Assembly: GCF_964355755.1 (NCBI RefSeq)
Contig: NC_092670.1
Coordinates: 40,102,388 to 40,166,387, forward strand
Direction of reading: 5' to 3'
Length of the DNA stretch: 64,000 nucleotides
From: Antedon mediterranea
Taxonomy: Eukaryota; Animalia; Echinodermata
Part shown: positions 1 through 14,200 of the stretch, piece by piece
Position numbering within the stretch: position 1 is the stretch's first letter
How the letters are laid out: each line of letters opens with the position of its first letter
Position numbers and translations under genes: made by a program
Notes under the pieces: generated by a model
What the model was told of the DNA's origin: nothing
What the model saw: the letters and a program-made list of their open reading frames with translations, nothing else
The model's database searches: none

Positions 1-417
1 GTACTCGCCGCCAATGAGATGGGGTAAGGTGAATATAAAGGCCGAAAAGGCCATGAATATAGCCCCACATCCAACCCATTTAGGCCGACTACTGCCAGGC
101 CGTCCTCCATAAAAACTGACAAAAGCTACAACCAGTAAATTACCAATCTCGTAGCCACTGACAATTAGCCCTGCTTCGGTACTTTTGAGCTGAAAACGTC
201 TTTCAATGGTTACTATCACACTACTTGTATACCCAACGATCATCATGCTCTCGGCTAAAGTTAATAAACACATAAAAAATAAGAACCCTCTTGGTGTGGC
301 CCATCGTTGGATCCACGACGGTCGCCACATTCCAAGTCCGCATTTTACTTCTGCAGTATCATCACTATCTTCATCATCGCCTACCTGGTGACTACGACGG
401 TCGCGTTCAGACGACAT
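1..417 (-). CDS. SLCO/OATP organic anion transporter, first coding exon (runs off the left edge); tandem paralog of the 5226-20041 gene
   Basis: Manual translation from ATG at 417: MSSERDRRSHQ...WRPSWIQRWATPRGFLFFMCLLTLAESMMIVGYTSSVIVTIERRFQLKSTEAGLIVSGYEIGNLLVVAFVSFYGGRPGSSRPKWVGCGAIFMAFSAFIFTLPHLIGGEY. It aligns residue for residue with exon 1 of the neighbouring SLCO and carries the OATP N-terminal motifs. Confidence 0.93.
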   Translation of the reverse strand, partial: MSSERDRRSHQVGDDEDSDDTAEVKCGLGMWRPSWIQRWATPRGFLFFMCLLTLAESMMIVGYTSSVIVTIERRFQLKSTEAGLIVSGYEIGNLLVVAFVSFYGGRPGSSRPKWVGCGAIFMAFSAFIFTLPHLIGGEY

Positions 418-3326
418 TGCTTACGTAACACAAAGTATATTGACTACAACGAATATAAACACATAGTACTATCGCGTTCAGACGTATCACAAAATTACAC
501 TGGCAATATTTTCGATCACAAGCGCTTAAAATTCTCAAAATTTATGCCGTCTTTATCATTTAAAATTCTTGAAAGCTAGGCCAGCGCCATTCACGTTTTT
601 CAAAGCACATCCTGTCGGCTTGGATCGAGATTATTTGCATCTCAATGGATACAGATCACCTAACCGTGACTACTTCAGCATTCATAATTTCTATAGCAAT
701 CAATAAATAAAAGTACTTGAGCTGTCACGGTTCACCGATTTTCGTCACAGGAAATTCTGCTACGGTAAGGTTTATTGCTATAGGTCTTTGTACCAAAAGT
801 CATAACAATCACAGAGATTTCCTCATAATAATTCATAAACCTGCAGGAAACAAAACATTCGAAACATTTTCCAATTAACACAGTGATTGTATTTCCTTAT
901 GCACAATATTATTGTATGTACTTGCGGTGCGCCTAGGCCTATTTCCTTTCGTTGCGTCTAAAGTAAGAAGTGCGTTTTAATAGGGAGCGTCTACAATACG
1001 ATACCACTTTAAGTCTGCGATCTAACTAGTCACAATAATATTCTTCTTTTTGGAATTATTTTCATTTTCAGCGGTTTTTATTTAATTTGTTTGTTTTTTT
1101 CAATTTTTTGGTTTGGTACACAATTTGGACAAGATCATTAAATAAGGGCGTTTATAGGTAAACAAAAGGCCTATCATGGACCTCTTTCCTCCTCATCCTC
1201 CTCCTACAGTAGGCCTCCCTATCTACTCACCTTCTCTTTCCCCGCCGCCTATCTATTATTATAATATATTTATTTATAATTGCTTGATCATTCAAGATAT
1301 AAAATCAATTATTAACTAAATATGATTAATTGACGGACACTGATAGCATACATAATATATACTATTTTTCTTATTGTAGGCCTACTTGTATAGAGAAGGA
1401 CTTACAGATGTCTTCTACGGTCAGTATAAAATCATTGCAGCGATTCTCTCTGTACCAGCAGGGTACTATCCCCCGCCGGGCCTGCCGCTCTCATCGCCTG
1501 TCACTGGATTACACAAACATAAACAAACCATACTCCCAGGCCTAGCAAAAGGCCAACATGGACTTATTCACTTCAAAGCCTAAAAACAGACTATATATAC
1601 TTTGTAAAAAAAACAGTACTTACTACAATTTCGATGTGTTGACAGATTTCAGAGATATAAATTCGAAAAATCAATATTATTATCGTTGTGAAAGATGTTA
1701 TCTTATACACGGCGTACACAGAGAGAGAGAGATCAGGTTTCACTGTGTGCTGCCCTCTATAGTTATGATGATGTTACAACAACAACTAGCTCTGTGGTTG
1801 TTTCTGGTGCGCAGTATCTACGTATCATCCGTATTTACACGTGATATGTAACGTATCATCATCAGCAGCTTAAGAATTTCTCGGAAAAGGACATAATATA
1901 CCGTAATATATATAGATACAAAAAAAACTTATGCAAAAATTAAATCCGTATATGAAATTGTAGACCAAATGTAATTAAACAGCGGTCTAAATTAAAACAT
2001 TTTCACAATAATAAATGTAAAACCTCTAGGTTCGGAAAAAGCGGAAATTAATTTTATTATAGGCCTACTTTTGCAACAAATATAGGCCTAGACTGTTGAA
2101 TGAAAGTTTAAAATGTTAATATTATTATGAATTAGGGATCGGAATGTTGTAGGCCCTAAGTATAATGTGATTGTTGTTTGCATGTTTTTGAAATTGCCTC
2201 ATTTTGATTATATTAGGTATACAGTATCAACTATTTATACCTAGCCTACTAAGTTAGGCCTACAGACTCCCCATCATCACACGCATCACATAATCTAATA
2301 CAATCAAAACAGAGAGCAGCAGAGTTCCTTTTATAAAAACGCTTGTATATATTTTATTAATTAGCCACGGATGATATTTTATCGAGTATATTTGCACATA
2401 AATCTATTTTAACAAAACAAAATATTCCTTCTTTTCATATTCTATTCTACCATGACATAATTCGATCACCTTTAAACACAATTCAATACTGAATGTTAAA
2501 TGTTCTTAATGTTAGGCAATTGGCCTATCAAAACTATATTTTACATACTTTTGCTTTTAAATTTATCTAGACCTATTCATCCTATTTCTGGATCATATTT
2601 TTTCCTTTTTCTTATCATAATCCATAGCCTAACACACACTATGTCTGAGTATAATAACACAATTAATTCAATTAAAACCTTTGTAACGTGTTTTGTTAAC
2701 ATAAAACGCGTTACTCAATAACTGAACTCATTAGTATTCGTAAATCGAATATTCCCATTAGGTTTGTAGTATTTGTCAGTGAGTTTTTACGTCGTTCGTG
2801 TGATTTATAATGATTGATGACGCTTTCTATCATGCATACGGCGAAAGAGGGCATTGGCCATCGGTGACGTCACACAAAATTAACATCGCGCATTTATTGC
2901 ATATTTCTGAGCGCGAAAGTATTTTTTTACAATACTGTAGGCCTATATCTTAAAATGTCCTTTAAATAGCATAACTTACCGCTGTAAATCATAAATATGG
3001 CGAGCGTATGTGTGGTTCTAGACCTAGGCTACCTAGGCCTATATATTATGCTTTGGATATCGATTGAGGATAGCGGCAAACAAAGTAGAGTATTGTAAAA
3101 TAGTGTAATCAATATGCGGTACTTTGGTACAGCGGTATAAATAAAATGAAATAGCAGACTACATTGATGATGCAACCGACTTTCGCTTGAGGCTTTTCAA
3201 TGCACATGATAATAATAAAGGCCTAGAATTTAACATATTTACTACATTAATTTAATATTCATAATAACAACTGCCGTTTTATTAATAAAAAATAAATAAT
3301 AAAGCTTAAAGGTTGATTTCCACTCT

Positions 3327-3460
3327 AGCTCTGTTTACACTATCAAACTTTATGTGACAAAAAAATTATGATGTGTCCATAATAATATGGACACGATGCT
3401 GTCATATTACTACCATAATTTGGGCACATCACATTTTTTTGTGATAGTGTAGACAGAGCT
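3327..3460. mobile_element. MITE family A (AGCTCTGT(C/T)TACACTAT...ATAGTGTAGACAGAGCT termini)
   Basis: Terminal inverted repeats and a shared core (gatgtcatatcactaccatatttgggcacatcac). Further copies or fragments at ~9182-9270 plus 10483-10522, 14219-14370, 24510-24625, 34000-34090 and 52060-52222. Confidence 0.75.
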
Positions 3461-3571
3461 TAAGCGCAAGAATTTGACCAACCACAAGCGATGAATTAAC
3501 CGAACTATCGCTTTTCATCGGTCGTATATCAACTCGCTTACGTTGTGACGTCCTAAATGGGAACGTAGTTT

Positions 3572-3720
3572 AAAGCGTGGTTCTCACTAGGACGCAACGC
3601 AAGGACACATACGCGTAACGCAAGCGAGTTGACCAATAACAAGCTCTTTTCGAATAATCCATCGCTTGTGATTGGTCAAATCACGTACGTTGCGTTTCGT
3701 CGCTAGTGGGAACCAAGCTT
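3572..3720. mobile_element. Palindromic MITE family B (AAGC(T/G)TGGTTC(C/T)CACTAG...CTAGTGGGAACCAAGCTT)
   Basis: Near-perfect foldback with internal gaccaatcacaagcga/tcgcttgtgattggtc. Related copies at ~4435-4730, 11377-11545, 15770-15990, 16974-17303, 17862-18078 and 18809-19093. Confidence 0.75.
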
Positions 3721-5225
3721 TAGAGACATAAGATTGCGTGTAATAATGTTGAAGAACCCAACAAAGTTATGTCGTCGTGGAGAATCACAACTTGACTCGT
3801 AAAAGCCCACACAAAGCGAAAGAAAATCGATCTCGTAATATTTTATTATTATGTTATTTTTATAATTTAAAATTGTCACTTTATGTCACGATTATTGCAC
3901 ATAAAAACAACGAAAAAAATATTTAAAAAGGTTTATAGTGTTATTAAGTTCATCTTACAAATTAAAATTGCAGTGTACCGTAAGCAATACTCAATAAATA
4001 TGTATTTTTTTAAAGTTAAATTGATTTTGCATTGATGTTATGAAATAGTTTATAACGAGCGAGATTATTTTTTGTATTCCATTTCCATCGCATACGCCGC
4101 GCAAAATTACTTAGGCAATCTGCAAAAAAATTGACATAGATTATTATTATAAGAAATTAAATATTTCTACATATTTTCATATGGCGATTAACCTAATTGA
4201 AAGTAAGTCGGTGCTTACGTAACGTTCACTGATTTCAATTTGTTATATAATTTACATGTCGAATACCGAATATAAAGTCGTTTATCAGTTATGTTTATAA
4301 GAGAGTAAGAACAACTAATTAATAAACCTGTATCATGCTCCCTGAATGTTAATTTTGTTAGTATTATAGCATAAAACACAAATACAGTACTAGTATCTTA
4401 CTAAAATACAGACATACACCTGTAATTGCTCAGTTTATGGTTGCAAAATCGACCAGCACGTTAGGACGCAAAACAAGTGCGTACGTACGCGTGCGACGCG
4501 ACGCCAAGTAATCACAAGCGATGATTTGTGGGCATGGAGGCTCCATGGTTTGCGGAGTCCGGTTGTTCAGGGAGGGTGTGCAGATCATTCAAACTGCATA
4601 CAATTTTTGTTAAAGCTTCGTTCCCACTTGGACGCAACCCAATCGGATGGATCATCATCTGAACTGTCGCTTTTGATTGGTCAACTCGTGGTAGTGCCTA
4701 CGTCATTGCTTGCGTCCAAGTGGTAACCAACATAAGTGCATTGTGCGTACGTACGCACGTCCTTGTATTACGGTTTCTCTTGGAAGAAAAGCTTTGGATG
4801 TCCCACAAAAGTTTATAGTTTGGACATTTTATGCCGTTTAAAACTATTAAAGTCTCCGGAAGAATTGCCGCCGCAGTCATAAAGAAAGGATCCCTCTCTC
4901 GCGAGGATATGTGGGTAATTTAAAGCTCGTTTTACACTAGACCTTCGCGCGAATCAAACATTATTCCTGAGCTCTGTTTAATTGTTACGCAGTTTAATTT
5001 TTCGCATCGCAAAACGAGATATCTATTATTAATACACATGTATAGGCCTGCATAAACGTACCAACGCGTATGATTCGCGCGCAAAATAAATTGGCCTAGT
5101 AAACAGGTTTTAGAAAGACCAGTACTAAAACAGACCGTGTCTAATGTTTTCCTCAACATTTACTGAAATCGGTGCTGCTACTCGAGATTCTCTCGAGTAT
5201 TTTAGCTCTCTTTAAATTTAAAAAG

Positions 5226-8200
5226 TTAAATATTAGCATCAGCTGTCAATAGTTCTAGTCGAGGACGGGAATTGTTGTCAACCTCCATTTGAACTGGAAC
5301 CTCTTGTAGATCCTCTAGATCATCCATCTCCTGTTGGTCTTCTTTCCTCTCTGGAAGCTTCACGTCTTGTGATAGTCTAGAGAAGTCACGATTAAGGCAG
5401 CATCGGCAGGTGTACCGGCAAGACAACCAACATAGCAGACCAAACACCACTGATATGGACTTCAACCCGATAGAAAGCCCGATATAGTTGGCGTGGACTT
5501 GACTTTTCTCGTATTCAAAGCAGGAGCCAACTCCTTCACACAATGTTTGCCATATCATGCATGACGAATCGATTGTCTTTCCATAATAGATTGGTGCTGG
5601 AATATAGGCTGTAAGAAAATATTTTCATAGTTATAGGCGGTCCACCGCGCAGCCCTGAGCTAACTGTAGGCCTACTCGTTAAACCGTCCACGATTGGACA
5701 CCGTGTCCAAACACACGGAAGAATTAGTTTGTATTAAGGGAAGTATAGGCCTACCACTCACTATGACTACTATATCGCAGGAATTATTTTAACAGTTGGT
5801 AAAGGCAAGGTTACCATAATATGTCTACTGTATTTAGGAATTTGCCATGATACTACAGTATACAAATTATGATTATTGGTCTAGATGTACAGAAATAGAG
5901 AACCAACTATATACTACTAGTTGAGAAATGAACTATGTAGTGTCTGCGCATGCTCTATGTTTCTGAGCGCACGCAGAATGACTGGATAGTTGAGTCTAGC
6001 CACAGAGCGTCATTAAATTAGATAAGTCCCTATTTTAATTGCCAAACACAGACACACTATTTTAATGTAATGTAAAAGTGGTTTGTTTTATAACATTAAG
6101 AAATAATGTATCCATGGTTAGCTAATCAGCCATGACATTGAACATACTAACACATTAATGTATTTACCTAAAACACGGAGAAATACAAATTGAATGCCGA
6201 GAGCGAATGGACGATCACACTGATACACAGACCTGCAAATAAACATCAATGTTTGATAGATTCATACGTAATTTTCGTCACAGGAATTCTACAGAAATAC
6301 GACAGATATTTTTTACTGTGATTATCAACATTATCGGTACAATATCAGTTACAAAATTGGTCCAGTTAATATTTATTTACATTGCAGTTTGAACGGAATG
6401 GATGCATAAAAAATGACAAGGATGTTGATGAAGAAGTTGATGGTTTGATGACGTTGTTGTTTTTGTTGATGACGAGGATGATGATGTTGATGATGACGGA
6501 GTTGATGATATTGATGATGTTTTTGTTGATAAAGTTAGTGATGTCATAATGATGTTGGAAAGAAGATATAATGTGATTATACAATGGTGAATGATGAAAA
6601 TAATTTAAAAGACGATGGTGACGAACATAAGATCTTTTACCTAAGTGTAGACATCAGAATAGGTATTTGACTTATAGCTGTCAAAAACACGACTACAATG
6701 ACAAGTGACATGAAGATTGGCAACTTGTCACATGACGAGTCACACTTGCCATCTACAGCGTCCCATGTGACGTCATCACCGCGAACGATACACAAACAAT
6801 CAACGAACACCTCCTAAAATCAAAGAAACGTTATGAAATATTGTTAATTTTATTTTTTTTTTAACGAAATTTTATTTTCCAATACATTTTAATTTGATAA
6901 TAGTATATGTAATAATCACTTACCTTATCGAATTCATTACTGTATCTATGGTTACCGCATCCTGCATGACACGCACTAAAATACGTCACATCATCGACGC
7001 CACAAATTGGTTGATAGTCAGTGTCGTGACAATTACAGCTACCAAAACAGGAACTGATATTTGTTGAGCTAGATTAAAAAAATTAAAACGTTTTAATTCA
7101 AGACATTTTGAAATTAGTTTATCACAGGGAATAGTTGAATAGGCTGTAAAAAATTAATTATATGTAAACGCCGGCTCTTATTGCATCCAAAATCACTATC
7201 ACCGAGGAGGTACTAATCCTACAGCTTTTCATGCTGTCATGTACTTAAGCTTATTATCTTAAAATATAAAATTACCTGTCTTTATTAAGACTAATATTTG
7301 CGAATTCCTGATTGTCGCATTTCACGAAGAAGAGTGTGAATAGAAACATCAGTGTGATGGTGCTCATTATAAATGCAAATCGTGTACATTTCTCTAATGT
7401 GAACTTATAACGCCTGACTATAAAACCACCAAGGGCTATTCCTAAGGCTGCCGGTGGAATAATAGCACCTGTAAAGAATGAATAGAAAAACAATGTTACG
7501 GCAGTAAGTAATGTTGCAATCCTTCCTATTTATACATCCGTTTTGGTCGCTAAGCTGTCCCCTTTATAGGGTTCTAAATATTAGATCCCTTTATAATTGG
7601 CGGGAATACTTAAACCAGACGTTAAGAAATCGATTGTATTATTTAAACATAATGTGCAGATTAATATGCACAGCTTGCTGGCTAATAATAACAAATAAGA
7701 TCTTTATTTATCTGTAACAATGAATTTTAAGAATCAATAATATTTAGTACTAACGCATCAATTATGAACAAACACCTATAACAGAATAATAAAACACTAA
7801 TAATATGCAATGATGCTCTGCGCGCCCGCCCCGACGGAGGCGGCGAGAACGGCTAGTTATTTGCTACAGGGTTGGGTAGGTTTGGCCAGTATGCGTACCT
7901 TTTTATGGCCAGCGGGCGTCCCGGATATTGCGCAATATGGCCAGCGGGCGTCCAATTATTGCGTAATATGTTTTCAATGGCAGCGTCCGCGCGCTCCATG
8001 CGTGTGAAAAATACGTACAATGCGACAGAGAGGGCGTTATATTTACATTTACAATGTTTTTTGATTGACATTATAATAGTTAAAACTATTAATAATTATT
8101 GTTATTAATTAGGCCCTAAAATACAGTAGTATAATTTACTAAATCAGTTTAACTTAGGCTAGCCTGCTCTGAACATAGATTGGATTTTAGGGGCCTCAGT

Positions 8201-11200
8201 TCAGGCTTGCCCTACTTGCAAATTCTGTATATATCAAATTAATTATGTATATAGCGCCATCTGTCGCATTGTACGTATTTCACACGCACGGAGCGGACGC
8301 TGCCATTGAACAAAATATTGTGCAATAATTGGACGCCCCCGCTGGCCATATTGCGCAAATTCCGGGACGCCCGCTGGCCATAAAAAGGTACGCATACTGG
8401 CCAAACCTACCCAACCCGTATCGTTATTTGCGATGGCGCGCGCGACGCATATACAATTGTACGCGATTAGCATTAATTATTGTTGCGCGCGCATAATTGC
8501 ACGCGCCGGCGCCCGATACATTTCTTGTTGTACTTGTATCAAGCGTAACTGTTTCAGTGTGCCAATCGCACTGTTGATTACAGCGCGATAAAATATCGTA
8601 CTTTCTTACGATTAGTAAATTTAATTATCTTTCTAATGTACCGAATGTTGTTATCCGTTCACTACTTTACTGAGGATTTATTTGTGACGTCATCAGCAAG
8701 CGCATTTTACTATTAACTTCGTTGTTGTTTACAATTTGCCGAGCTAGATTGATTACTTTTGTTATTATTGAGGCTGTATGATAATTATCATTACAAATAA
8801 TATTACATTTCTATTTGAACAGAACATAAACATAATGTTTGCTAAACCGTCTTTATTTTGTTCGTTTATTTCTGCACACTCGTCATCATTTATCGTCATC
8901 TTAAAGCCGGCTAAAAAGGGTAATGTTTAAGTTTGAATTGAGTGGTTAAAAAAAACATGTGGTCTTAAACAAGTAAAGACTAATAAAAGGCACGATTAGA
9001 TTTCTCCGAATACTATTGATTACATTGTATTGATTAAATTGTATTGATTAATTGTATGAATTATAAGAGGAAATACTCTTCTAAGAATACAACAAACACA
9101 AATCTGAACAATATTGGAAATATAGGAAGTATAGTAATGGTATTGATCATTATGTAAATAATTAAATAACAAGAGACTTTAAGCTCTGTGATATGCCCAT
9201 ATATGGACATGATGATTTCATATCACTACTATATTTGGGTATATCACTACCATATTTGGGCACATCACACTTAGACCGGGCGCCCGGAAGATTTATTCAT
9301 GTGAAAAGATACAAAAGGTTTGATGATGTAGTAAGGTGCGTATTAGGGCGAGATGCTATTATTTACTTTACTATTATGTTATGTTATGTTATGTTAAAAA
9401 ATGTTGCAAATTTAGATTTCGTTGCCTTTTTTCATATATACATCACTAGTGTCTAGTGTGTAATTAAAACAATATTTAAATCGAGTTATAATAATAATGC
9501 ACAATAATCGGTACCGGTGTCGATCATTATGAGTGTAATTATTTAGTTTATCTGAAAAATATTCTTAAATTATATTATTTTGATATAATATTGATTGTTC
9601 AAAATGTTACCCTAAAATACAAATCTGCTGTTGGTTATTTTAAGTGTTTTTGTTGGTGTTATTTATTATTCCAAAATAAAGATATATTATTTAAATTATA
9701 AAATAAAAGTCACTCGTTATATCGTGAATGTATTTGTATTATCGACATTGTTGATCATGAATGGAGCCTCGGGTATTTGAGCTGCTGTTTACCGGATAAA
9801 GTGAAAAAAAAAAAACATTTTTTTTTTATGATTACATACTTCATGGATAAACCCATTTTGGGCGAGTTCCTAAGAGTTTGATGTTTGATGATTTGGTACA
9901 GGAAACAACTGCTCTCTTTATTTATTGTTTTAGCATTCTAATGTGTATTTATTGTCAGTCCGAGTCCGTATCACGTATTTCTAACTCAGCTGAACGCCAT
10001 AGGACGACATACGCGCCGAGTATATAGCCGAAAAGGAGGAAACTGCGGACCTTTAGGGCTGCTGTCTGAGCTTATGTACAGGAGAAAGTTGCTGTCATTG
10101 GTGTTTTTGTCATCCCCAATATGTACTGCTGCCATTAAAAAAAGATTCAACCTTGTATCGCTTCACATGAATAAAAACCCATTTGGACGTGGCCCTAAAG
10201 TGTTGCTGTTTGGCGCCCCGTACAGGATAAAGTTGCTGTCATTGGTGATGTAATCATTAGTAGCCCACTACGAATGATATCCAAAAAAGTTTATCCTTGT
10301 ATCGCTTCACATGAATAAATTCATTTTTACCCCACTATGTTATGATCCCCACAGGCCCCATGTACAGGCTGTGACCCGGCAGCAATGTCGAATATTGCAT
10401 CTCGCCCTAATACGCACCTTACTACATCATCAAACCTTTTGTATCTTTTCACATGAATAAATCTTCCGGGCGCCCGGTCTAACTTGTTTTTATCAAACTA
10501 GTTTGATAGTGTAGACAGAGCTTAATAAAAGGCACGAATATAATATCATTGATTACATTGTATTGATTAAATCGTATAAATAATATGAGGAAATAATCTT
10601 CTAAGAATATAAAGAACACAAATGTGAATAATATTGGAAAAATAGAAAGTATTATTATTAAACCAGACGTATTGATCATTATGTAAATAATAGAAGTGGC
10701 TGTAACCCCGCCACAAAAGAAATAAAAATACATAAAAGGTGTGTCTACACAAAACTCTCAAATTGCGGAGAAAAATTATTGTTCTTAATTTTTGTTAACG
10801 GTTGTGTCAAAAATGTAACTATATTATTTTAAAAACAATGACCAAGCGTTGACATTACAAAGTGATTTGGCATATTAAATACTTCGATTTAACAAAGTAG
10901 AAATAGTATTGAAAGTCATACAAAAACTTATTATAAACACTTGTTAAACACTTAGTATAAACACTTGTTATAAACACTTGTTATGTTATGTTTCTGAAAA
11001 TGAGAAGAAATTACAATATAAAGGTGGGTCATTCACAATTACAAAGAAGCAAGTGCTTGTCAGTTTGGTAACCATAAGGTACAGAAAACATTCCAAAACA
11101 AAAAATGTACAAAATAACAACATGAAATATAAACAAAAAACAAAAATGATTATCACACCTGTCATGATGTTTGCCTTGGAAGACGTTGTACCATACTGAG

Positions 11201-14200
11201 TCTCCAGGAACTTGGGCATGAAATACACGAACCCAGTGACGATTGAAAGCTCCAGGGACGCCACGACATTTACAAGTAAATATGTCGGGTTAGTTAGAAG
11301 CCGTTTCAACGCTTGTAAAAATTCTGTCGAGAAAATATAAAGGTTATAGTGCTGTATAAAATGAAGATGACATACTAAGGCTTGGTTCCCACCTAGAGAC
11401 GCAACGCAAGGAGGTAAAAGATCAATGTAAAGTTATTCGACCAGATTTCCTGATTTGACCAATCACAAGCGATTGATTATTCAAACTGTCGCTTGTCATT
11501 GGTCAACCTGCTTTATTGTCGTTTCTGTTGGAACCACGCTTAAATGCTGAAACTTACTCTTCGCGCGCGCAAATACAGGTCATGTCAACATAAATGCAGA
11601 TCTGAGATTTAGCAATGCACGCGAGCTCCAGATTTAGTTACTTTATATAGAGTAAGCGGGGAAAGCCCCGGATTAATTCCTTTGCATGTCTTTCAATAAC
11701 AAGAACTATATGAAAAACACGTTCTATTCATTTATATACAATGAATATCTATGTTCCTTTACCGATAGTAGGCCTAGAACCCTTCATTCGAAACCACTTA
11801 TTGAAACCCGTTCTATTCATTATATACAATGAAGATCTAGTAGTTCCTTTTACCGATAGTAGGCCTATAAAGCCTTCATTCGAAACCAGTTAAGGAAACA
11901 CGTTCAAACGAGCAAGGAGAAATATGATTTTGAAACTACGGCAAACCCCTAGGCCTACTACATTTTTGGATCATAAAGGTGTCCCCGTAATAGGGGTTCT
12001 ACTGTATATTACGTCTACAGTCATCCTTACTACAGTGTACATCGCTATATTAAGGGGACGTTTTTAGATTCCAAAAGTGTCCCCGTAATAGGGGTTCTCT
12101 GTATATCATTCACGTCTACACAGTGTACATCCATATTAAGGGGACATTTTTAGATACCAAAGGTGTCCCCGTCATAGGGGTTCTACTGTATCACGTCTAC
12201 AGTCATCTCTATTACGGAGACATTTTTAGATCCCAAAGGTGTCCCCGTAATATGATTTATACTGTATATCACACATATTATGTTTATAATGCATACGGTA
12301 ATCTACTATCTCGATTATTCAGATAAAATGTATTGTCATGTAAACTTAATGCAGCATTAAAGTATTGTGTTATATATTAGAAATAACATATTCTTGAGTA
12401 ACGATGACAAAGATTTAAAAGGGTTTATTGTAATTCATCAAACTTGATTTCAATTTCCAAATAATCTTTATTTAGCCATTAAGGGTCAATAACCGGTAAT
12501 GTTTACACAACGTTTTCTCAAGAATATTTACATATATAACAACAGCACTATAAATAATGTTACAAGCAAGAAGTTGTCACAATCCATCCATATCATTAAT
12601 GATGATGGAACATATATTAATGTCGCAACGGACGTAAATTAGATGACATCAAATAGTTAACGCGTGCGTACGAATACATCATAATTTACACGCGGCGTCC
12701 AATTCATGATATCACTGACGTAATCTGCGCGCCAGTTAATGCACAATACAGCGTATTTCGTTCGACGCGTACTTGGACTGTTGCATGCGAAAAATAAACC
12801 CGCAACATTTTCATATCTTTTACTATCATAAATATCATAATGTATAATAATGTGTACATCTCTCTTGTATATTATATATAACGGCATGCGAGGGGGTACG
12901 TGCATGTACCACAATCAGAATCAGTGTTGGCTCACTGATGTGAGGGGGTACGTGCATGCACCACAATCAGAATCAGTGTTGGCTCACCGATGTGAGGGGG
13001 TACGTGCATGTACCACAATCAGAATCAGTGTTGGCTCACCGATGTGAGGGTACGTGCATGTACCACAATCAGAATCAGTGTTGGCTCACCGATGTGAGGG
13101 TACGTGCATGTACCACAATCAGAATCAGTGTTGGCTCACCGATGTGAGCGGGTACATGCATGTACCACAATCAGAATCAGTGTTGGCTCACCGATGTGAG
13201 GGTACGTGCATGTACCACAATCAGAATCAGTGTTGGCTCACCGATGTGAGGGTACGTGCATGTACCACAATCAGAATCAGTGTTGGCTCACCGATGTGAG
13301 CGGGTACGTGCATGTACCACAATCAGAATCAGTGTTGGCTCACCGATGTGAGGGTACGTGCATGTACCACCACAATCAGAATCAGTGTTGGCTCACCGAT
13401 GTGAGGGGGTACGTGCATGTACCACCACCACAATCAGAATCAGTGTTGGCTCACCGATGTGAGCGGGTACGTGCATGTACCACAATCAGAATCAGTGTTG
13501 GCTCACCGATGTGAGCGGGTACGTGCATGTACCACCACAATCAGAATCAGTGTTGGCTCACCGATGTGAGGGGGTAGGTGCATGTACCACCACAATCAGA
13601 ATCAGTGTTGGCTCACCGATGTGAGGGGGTACGTGCATGTACCACCACAATCAGAATCAGTGTTGGCTCACCGATGTGAGGGGGTACGTGCATGTACCAC
13701 CACAATCAGAATCAGTGTTGGCTCACCGATGTGAGGGGGTACGTGCATGTACCACCACAATCAGAATCAGTGTTGGCTCACCGATGTGAGCGGGTACGTG
13801 CATGTACCACCACAATCAGAATCAGTGTTGGCTCACCGATGTGAGGGGGTACGTGCATGTACCACAATCAGAATCAGTGTTGGCTCACCGATGTTCATCA
13901 CATATTATTGATTATTGATTATTATTGATGTGCTATTTTAAGAGAGAAACAACAACCATCCTTTTCATTCTAGAATATCGGCTTATTCTTTCATGAATAT
14001 TCATGAATATACATTTATGTATCAGGAACATGATGACTTAGACTAGTTATTAAACTAATCACTTTAGCGACGAGACTGAATGCATATGTGTGTATGCGGC
14101 GGCAACTTGTTTGTGTTTAAATAGAGAGAGATGGGATGATTTGACATTTAGCGAGATTCTACGCCATATTGGGTAATAAAATGTAATAGCAGCAATAGAA

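Noticed and set aside
1380-1583. Exon-like + strand frame (YREGLTDVFYGQYKIIAAILSVPAGYYPPPGLP...)
   Set aside because: No recognisable family or partner exons; a protein database search would be needed.
7810-8473. Overlapping ORFs sharing GWVGLASMRTFLWPAGVP
   Set aside because: They arise from the two TIRs of a non-coding MITE.
12892-13894. CRISPR-like array or repeat-encoded ORFs (MYHNQNQCWLTDV...)
   Set aside because: Units are contiguous with no unique spacers, there are no cas genes, and it lies in a eukaryotic intron. The ORFs are repeat artefacts.
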